64,000 nt of DNA, from the NCBI GenBank assembly GCA_963793305.1, contig CAWBZV010000002.1, positions 736,001 to 800,000 of the forward strand, written 5' to 3'. Under the pieces are notes generated by a model that was not told the DNA's origin, did not search any database, and saw only the letters and a list, made by a program, of their open reading frames with translations. The position numbers were made by a program, and so were the translations under genes. The stretch's first letter is position 1; each line of letters begins with the position of its first letter. This stretch comes from an uncultured Gemmatimonadales bacterium (GTDB lineage: Bacteria; Gemmatimonadota; Gemmatimonadetes; Gemmatimonadales; Gemmatimonadaceae). Shown here one piece after another: positions 58,013 through 64,000 of this stretch.

Positions 58013-58390
58013 GGCCGTGCTCGAGAGACCAAGTGCGAGCGCGGAACCGACGCCGAGGTCAGGAGTGGCGAGGCTCGTGATGAAGTTGTCGAAGCTGAGG
58101 GCCGCCGCCAGCAGGAAGAGCGTTGCGTCGCGCGAGGTGCGGCGGCGCAGCCAGCCCAGGGCGAAAACCAGGAGCAGATAGCATCCCAGTGACGCGGGGC
58201 CCGGCACGTGAGGCACGGCCGCGGTCGGAACGAATACGTGGGCGCCGAGCCAGCTCGCGAGTCCATCGCACGTACCGAGCGCGAATGCGAAATCGCGGCG
58301 CTCGCGCCAGTTCCGTGCGACGAGGCCGAGCGGAATCGAGACGACGAGACTGTCGAGTCCCAACTGGGACGCCAATGCGATGAGAGTCAC
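57800..58390 (-). CDS. MntP-like membrane protein, probably degenerate
   Basis: LGLDSLVV and ALSFDNF motifs; 3' end overlaps SRPBCC by ~210 bp. Confidence 0.5.
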   Translation of the reverse strand: MTLIALASQLGLDSLVVSIPLGLVARNWRERRDFAFALGTCDGLASWLGAHVFVPTAAVPHVPGPASLGCYLLLVFALGWLRRRTSRDATLFLLAAALSFDNFITSLATPDLGVGSALALGLSSTALALAGLAVGALIQDAGHAVERLRASVEHAIALDRDPQRILAREDHVERELRLAPSGFERDDHAKVERHAG

Positions 58391-58399
58391 GAACGCCTC

Positions 58400-61300
58400 C
58401 TAGAGACCGAACACGGTGACCTGCCCGTCGCCCCCGACATAGATCTTTCCGCCGACGACCGTGGGCTCGATCATGGGTGCGCCGCCGGTGTTCCCCCACG
58501 GACCGGCGTCCTTATCCAAAAGCTTCGACCGTAGGTCGGTGGCATCGTAGGCACGGAGACCGAGGCGCCCCGCGCTCCACTCACGCACGATCGCCCAGAG
58601 TACCGCCGTCCCGGCCATCTGGCCGTTCGATGAGACGACCGGTGTGGCGCCGCTCTCGGCCGCTCCGGGGAACGAGTCCGCCGCGGTGTTCGGCATCCCA
58701 CCGACGATCGAGGGCGAGAGCGCGACTCCGTTGAAATTGAACGCGCGAAGCGTCCCATCGTTGCCGCAGTAATAAATGAACGCGCCGCCCGGGCCAGAGA
58801 AGAACGCCGGACCGCCCCACGGACCGATCTGATTGTTCGGCACAGTCCCAGGGTTCAAAACCAGCGTCTGCACCGCATTCGCGTTCGCGCCGTATGTCCC
58901 CGACGCGGACGGTCCGCTGTACCCACCGAGCGCGCTCCGATCGAGCAGCATCATGTTCCCGTCCTTGCCGCAGGAGAGGAGGAGCGGACGCTGACCGGTC
59001 GGATTGTCGGGCAGGATGAGCACACCGCCCGAGCCCAAGTCAATGTCACCGCCGAACAATTGGGACTGGTCCGCTGGCGTGAACCAACTGGCGACCGTGA
59101 GGTTGGTCGTCAGCTTCAGCACGGTGTCGCCGTAATCGCGTCCCCCGGTGTTCACGGTGAAATCGCCGTTCGCCGTGTTGAGGTAGATGAATCCCTGCGG
59201 ATCGCTCGCCGGTCCGATTCCCCCCTGCCAGATGCCACCCTCCTGGCCATCGGGCGTCGTGCAGAACGCCGCGACCTGCGCCAGCAACGTCTTGTCGTAA
59301 CCCATGATCCATCCGTGCCACGTGTCGTTGTCGCAATGGCTGCCGAACGCGACATAGATGGTGTTGTTCACGAGGAGCAGAGCCGGACGGTTCAATTGCC
59401 ACTGCGCCGAAAACTCGACGTTGCCCTTGCCATCGCTCGGCTGCGCCGACCCTGGATAAGTCGCTGTGATCTCGACCGGGCTGCCCGGGCGCTCGGCCCC
59501 GCTCGTCAAGTCGAGTGCGTGCAGGCGATACCGAAGTGTCATCGAGCTGCCAGACCCGCTGGCAGTCTTTGCCACGGCGTAGAGCGTGCGGCTCGAGCAA
59601 TCGATGACCGGCGTGCTCGTGATGCCGACCAGCGGAGCCACGTTGTTACAGCCGCCAATGTCGGCGACCGGCATCGCGGACTCGCCCGGCTGGACCAGCG
59701 CGACCTGCCACAGCGGCTGACCCCCAACGTCCGCGTCGAACGCATAGATGCTGTCGTTCTCGGTGGCGACGTAGAGCACGTTGTGCGCCCCCTGACCCGC
59801 CACATTCACGTGGTGGACATAGAGCGGCTGCGCGTACACCTGGGCATCGACGGTGAGGGCGAAGAGTTGCGAGACGGACGGGACGTTGGTAACGGTCAGG
59901 GTCGTCTCGTATGGCCGCCATCCGGTGCGCGCGACGTCGAAATGCTGCGTCAGGTAATTGAGCGTTGCGTTGCTGACGACCGTGGCACCCTCGCCGTACG
60001 CCGTAATCACCGCGCACAAGCGCTGCCGCGCCCGCACCACATCGTTGACGTGCAGCATGCCCGACAGCTGGACCTCGACCAATGTCGCGCCGGCGATGGC
60101 CGAGCCTCTCCAGGCACCATTCACTTCGACGTCGACGTGGGCGCCGGGAATCACGTGGATGACCGTCACGCTCCGCATGCAATCATCGACAGGCGCCGCG
60201 ATCATCGGCGGCGCAATTCTCGGCACCCGCCGGACCAACACATGGTTGGACTGAATCGGCGTCCCGCCACACGCGACTTCGGTGGCGAAGACGTGATCGC
60301 CCAGGATGAGCTGCGGCGAGACCGGGATGTCGGCAAACGTGCCGGAGACGACCTGCCATCCGATCTCGCCGCCGAGCAACTGCGAGTGCACCGCGACCGC
60401 CGACCCCGGCGTCACGTTCGTCACGCGCACGACCGCGCCACACGCGTACAACGGTCCGGGGACATGCGGATTCGGAATGCTCGCTGGACGGGGATTGACG
60501 GTCACGCCCGGCGACGCCGCGCTCCAGAATGAACAGAGTTGCTGCTCCGCCGTCACGACTGCATTCGCCGCGAGCGGCGGAACGATGATCTCGGCTGTCG
60601 CATTGCCAGCGCCGCCTTCGGCGATCACGGCACCGTTTGCGAGTACGCGAAGGTCGCACCCGGGTGTGAGACCCGAGATCGGCACGATCGTGGTTCCCGC
60701 GCAGAGCGGGCCCACCACGGTCGGTACAGGCACGGGCCGCGCCGGACCGACCTTCGCATGCGTCTTCGGGCTGTGACTGCCGCACGGTGGGAACGCCTGC
60801 TCGGCGGTCACCGTCTCGTTCAGCACCAGCGGAGCGACAGTGAAATACTCGGCCGTGTAGTCGAAGCAGCCGCCGGCTGGCGGGCCCGCGGTGCGCGTTA
60901 GGGTCACGACCGCGCCGTCGAGGACGTTGCTGACCGTGACGCTCCGCTCACACTCCTTGAGCGGGGTGTCGATGGTCGGCGTGGGGAGCGCCTGCTCCCT
61001 CGGCCACGGCGACGGCGTCGGCCCCGGCGTCATCGTCCCCACTATTCCGCACGCGGTCTGCTGTGCGCTCACCGTCTTGCTGGACGACAGCGGCACCGAC
61101 AGCCCGAGCCTGACCGTGCCATCGATCGAGCTGCCGGTCGCGGCGGGCGCGCCACCGACCCAAACGTTGACGGTCGCGCCCGGCACCATGCCGTCGAGGT
61201 GCAGACACTGGCCGCAGTTCCAGAGCTGACTCGAAAACCCCACCGTGCCCACCACGGGAGGCTTCTTCTGCACGATGACGCCATCCGCGGGCGGCGTCGC

Positions 61301-61528
61301 CGGGCTCGTACTGCCGCCGAACGTCTGCTTGGCGGTCACGACATGGCCCGCAATCAGCGGCGCGGTCAACGGAAAGACTTCGTCGCTCCACGTCGCGACG
61401 CCGCCGCCGACGTGCACGCCGTTCGCGAAAATCGCGACCGTCGCGCCAATGAGTTGGTTCTGGACGCGCGCCTGCGTGCTGCACTCCGACAGCGGCGCGA
61501 CAACGAGCGGTGGCGTAAGGGGAGGCAT
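58400..61528 (-). CDS. Large protein: ~6 Cys-containing Ig-like repeats plus PQQ-like beta-propeller
   Basis: Repeat P..PL..C...V....PG..V......G....V.A.Q..C; then TQHFDVARTG, VYAQPLY, GITSTPVID, GGIWQGG, DIDLGSGG. Confidence 0.8.
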   Translation of the reverse strand: MPPLTPPLVVAPLSECSTQARVQNQLIGATVAIFANGVHVGGGVATWSDEVFPLTAPLIAGHVVTAKQTFGGSTSPATPPADGVIVQKKPPVVGTVGFSSQLWNCGQCLHLDGMVPGATVNVWVGGAPAATGSSIDGTVRLGLSVPLSSSKTVSAQQTACGIVGTMTPGPTPSPWPREQALPTPTIDTPLKECERSVTVSNVLDGAVVTLTRTAGPPAGGCFDYTAEYFTVAPLVLNETVTAEQAFPPCGSHSPKTHAKVGPARPVPVPTVVGPLCAGTTIVPISGLTPGCDLRVLANGAVIAEGGAGNATAEIIVPPLAANAVVTAEQQLCSFWSAASPGVTVNPRPASIPNPHVPGPLYACGAVVRVTNVTPGSAVAVHSQLLGGEIGWQVVSGTFADIPVSPQLILGDHVFATEVACGGTPIQSNHVLVRRVPRIAPPMIAAPVDDCMRSVTVIHVIPGAHVDVEVNGAWRGSAIAGATLVEVQLSGMLHVNDVVRARQRLCAVITAYGEGATVVSNATLNYLTQHFDVARTGWRPYETTLTVTNVPSVSQLFALTVDAQVYAQPLYVHHVNVAGQGAHNVLYVATENDSIYAFDADVGGQPLWQVALVQPGESAMPVADIGGCNNVAPLVGITSTPVIDCSSRTLYAVAKTASGSGSSMTLRYRLHALDLTSGAERPGSPVEITATYPGSAQPSDGKGNVEFSAQWQLNRPALLLVNNTIYVAFGSHCDNDTWHGWIMGYDKTLLAQVAAFCTTPDGQEGGIWQGGIGPASDPQGFIYLNTANGDFTVNTGGRDYGDTVLKLTTNLTVASWFTPADQSQLFGGDIDLGSGGVLILPDNPTGQRPLLLSCGKDGNMMLLDRSALGGYSGPSASGTYGANANAVQTLVLNPGTVPNNQIGPWGGPAFFSGPGGAFIYYCGNDGTLRAFNFNGVALSPSIVGGMPNTAADSFPGAAESGATPVVSSNGQMAGTAVLWAIVREWSAGRLGLRAYDATDLRSKLLDKDAGPWGNTGGAPMIEPTVVGGKIYVGGDGQVTVFGL

Positions 61529-61639
61529 AGCGGTTCCTCGTCGCTCCCACGTTAAGCGCCACGTTCGCGACCGCTAGGGCTGATTCAGGACAGATTGGGG
61601 CACAATCCTGTCAACGGACTCGTCTTTTATGGCATCCCA

Positions 61640-61674
61640 GCCGGCGGGACGCCGGAGGACGACGTCCCGCCGGC
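61640..61674. terminator. GC-rich hairpin downstream of the 61690 gene
   Basis: GCCGGCGGGACG ... CGTCCCGCCGGC 12-bp inverted repeat. Confidence 0.55.
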
Positions 61675-61689
61675 CAAGCTTTGCGTCGA

Positions 61690-62438
61690 TCAGAAGAGAC
61701 CGAGGCTGACCGCGAGGCGGAGCGTATAACCCGTATTATGCACAGGTAACGGCATCGCGTACTTCCCGATGACCGTGTAGTCCGGCATGAGGGCGCAGTT
61801 GCCTGATGTGCAGACAATCGGCCCGCCGCTCAGGTCGAGTCTCGCGCGACCGCCCGGCAGCGCGAACGACACGAGCGGACCGGCGAAGATCATCGTCGTA
61901 CGGCCTTCCGACGCGAGCGACTCGACGCCGAGACTCACGCCGGGCGCGACCTTCGCGGTCGAGCCGAGGGAGCCGAAGTATTGCGTCCGGTATGGCGCTG
62001 TCGTCTCGGGACCCGAGAACACCTGGACGGCATCGGCATTAACGGCGACTGACCACGTATCGGTCGTTCGACTGATGCTCAAGCGGCCGAGCGCCATGTC
62101 ACTGCCGTCATAGTGCCGGCGCACGCCTGCGCTCAAGGACAAATGCCATCCGGCGAACCGGAGGACATCGACCATCGTCTCGAGCTGGCCCGCTCCCTCG
62201 AATGAACCGAAGCGCTCGTAAGCCACATCGGTTGTCGCCATGACGACGACGCGGGACCGATGGGCACGTCCACCTCACCGGACTGCTCGGCACCGAGGGC
62301 ATTCCCATAGCCCGAGCTGTACTGAAGGATGGCTTGCACCTTCGTAGTGCTCGGGAACGACTCCGTGAAATTGAACGGTTGCCCTTGTGCCCCGGCCACA
62401 CTGCTAACCACCACGAGCGCGAACACGATGTGCTTCAT
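61690..62438 (-). CDS. Exported, possibly outer-membrane beta-barrel protein (frameshift at ~62255)
   Basis: Signal peptide MKHIVFALVVVSSVAGA; alternating beta-strands; ends YTLRLAVSLGLF. Confidence 0.55.
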
Positions 62439-62537
62439 GGTTGCCTCCGAGACCCTGGTTGAGGTAAGCGATGAGTACACCGCCACCGATCACAGAGTTC
62501 GGGCAGGCCGTTTCCGGACGTCCCGTACGATCAATCG

Positions 62538-63836
62538 CTACAGAGAGTGCAGATGCGCTGCCGCGTGAGAAGCAAGGACGTCCACGTCCACGTGCTCGAA
62601 GCATCGGGGCCTCGCGCACGTTTTGAACAGCTTGCCCACGCAGGTGATGTTGCGGCAGGGACTGACCGCTTGGTAGCAGAAGGACGGCGCGTCCTGGTTG
62701 GCGGGCAGGTATCCCGAGCGGGAGGAATCGTAACCGGACATCCGGGGCGGCGTGGCGCCGAAGAAGGACAGCACCGCCGTCCGGTTGCGGAACTGGTGAC
62801 GGTCGGAGCGCGCGTAGCGCCGTGCCGCGGCGAGATGCAACGGCCCGGTGTCGCCGCTGACGAAGACGTCGGCCAAGTCGATGAGGGCGGAGTAGGCGTC
62901 CAGCGATATGCTCTGGGGCACGATGCGGACACTCCCTTGCATCGCCGTAGGGAGGGCTGCGAGCAGGCGCTCCCCGATGCCCGCGGCCGAGTGACCGGCG
63001 CCCAGCAGAATGGTGGTCGCCGTCGGAGCTCGGGCGATGATCTCCCGCAGCAGTTCGACTTGCGCGTCAAAGGGCATCATCGTGAAGCGGGACGCCGTGT
63101 CGGGATTGTACATCACGACGGGCGCGGTGGGCGAGAGGCCCACCGATGTCGCGAAGCGCGCCGCCCCCTCGATGGCGGCATCCGAGTAATGCGTGCGGAG
63201 ACCCGGGAATCGCCAGTCGCGGACCGGCCGTGCCACGGTCTCGAGCACGTCGCGGACGAAACGATATGCCTCATAGCTGAAGTGATTGATCGTGCTCGCA
63301 TCGTTGTCGTTGCGCAGAATCGTGGCGCCGTGCGCCGCGAAGTCCACGAACGGCTGGCGCGGGCCCGCGACGTCCTCCCGAGCGACGAAGGCGCTGCAGT
63401 TCACGCACAGGTCGTACCGCCCCGCCTGGACGATGTCGCGGAGCGCCGCGAAATCCGCCGCGGTGGGGAGCTCCGCGCTTTCGAAGATCGGCAGCACGCG
63501 CGCCGCGTCCGGCAGTCCTTCGACGAGGGGACCCACCGCCGCGTTGACGGCGAAATCGATTTCGGCATCGGGAAAGAAGTCCCGCAGGGCGGTCAACGCC
63601 GGCTGGGCGATCAACGCGTCGCCGATATGGACGTCCGCGATCACCAGGAAGCGTCGGAACCCCCGCATGCGTCGGGCGATGCTCCGGCTGCGCCACGCGC
63701 CGAGGGCGACCACCGGGCGACTGCCCGCCACCGAGCGGACGGTGGTGTCGAGCAGACGCGCGCCGAGGTGCGGGAACGCGTCAGTGAGCCAACTCGAGGC
63801 GCCGAAGAAGACCTCTTGCGTCCGGGTGTTCATCAC
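62538..63836 (-). CDS. Glycosyltransferase family 9 (heptosyltransferase-like)
   Basis: HIGDALIAQPALTALRDFFPDAEID; ALIDLADVFVSGDTGPLHLAAA. Confidence 0.85.
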   Translation of the reverse strand: MMNTRTQEVFFGASSWLTDAFPHLGARLLDTTVRSVAGSRPVVALGAWRSRSIARRMRGFRRFLVIADVHIGDALIAQPALTALRDFFPDAEIDFAVNAAVGPLVEGLPDAARVLPIFESAELPTAADFAALRDIVQAGRYDLCVNCSAFVAREDVAGPRQPFVDFAAHGATILRNDNDASTINHFSYEAYRFVRDVLETVARPVRDWRFPGLRTHYSDAAIEGAARFATSVGLSPTAPVVMYNPDTASRFTMMPFDAQVELLREIIARAPTATTILLGAGHSAAGIGERLLAALPTAMQGSVRIVPQSISLDAYSALIDLADVFVSGDTGPLHLAAARRYARSDRHQFRNRTAVLSFFGATPPRMSGYDSSRSGYLPANQDAPSFCYQAVSPCRNITCVGKLFKTCARPRCFEHVDVDVLASHAAAHLHSL

Positions 63837-63866
63837 CGGCTCCCATCCACCCCGGCGGCAGGGCGC

Positions 63867-63917
63867 CTAGCGATCGTCGCGGTCCTCGTCGAGATCGCGA
63901 ATGCCGGTCGAGATCAT
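63867..63917 (-). pseudogene. Second, minimal remnant of the same antitoxin (16-aa ORF MISTGIRDLDEDRDDR)
   Basis: 5' and 3' halves match the two ends of 56226-56411. Confidence 0.65.
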
Positions 63918-64000
63918 GCAGAACTTTAGATCCTTGCGGGGCTCGCCGTCGAGGCCCAGCGCTCACTTCCACGTGCGAAATCGCCACAACCACAGGTGCA

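Noticed and set aside
62250..62260. Frameshift as part of the GA-to-GAA signature
   Set aside because: It needs an added base, probably in a short C run, so it is a different error type.
484..63929. Many long antisense or alternate-frame ORFs (e.g. 484-1998, 4656-6515, 34755-36566, 47790-49391, 59060-60532)
   Set aside because: Shadow ORFs of real genes in GC-rich DNA; Arg/Ala-rich with no motifs.

Overview
GC-rich bacterial chromosomal window. Gene content and order are most consistent with Gemmatimonadota, but this is an inference. The core backbone is tmk-ctpA-DUF2520 / lolA-aroF-smc-SPOR proteins-Omp85 fusion-rsfS-rplI-YybS-rpsR-rpsF-ychF-pth-rplY-prs, then tRNA-Gln-ispE-flippase-like-Hpt-like-pdxJ, mce, trxA, rsmI, DUF4159/DUF4175/TPR, JAB-DinG, FAH, aminotransferase, lexA, gltX and tRNA-Ser. 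Two accessory tracts interrupt it. The first (~12.9 kb) splits the usual ispE-tRNA-Gln-prs linkage and holds two paralogs of an uncharacterised Cys-rich family bracketing a GMC sugar-oxidation operon, plus a lone Gp5/VgrG OB-fold gene. The second lies beyond tRNA-Ser and is bracketed by two differently deleted copies of one antitoxin gene. About ten single-base frameshifts hit otherwise intact genes, including gltX and trxA. Eight are repaired by removing one A from GAA, and four of those restore GACGTC, which points to systematic read errors, possibly at modified bases. A candidate structured sRNA with three ACGGCA repeats follows trxA. No CRISPR array, integrase or transposase was seen. All product calls come from motif recognition by eye, not from database searches.
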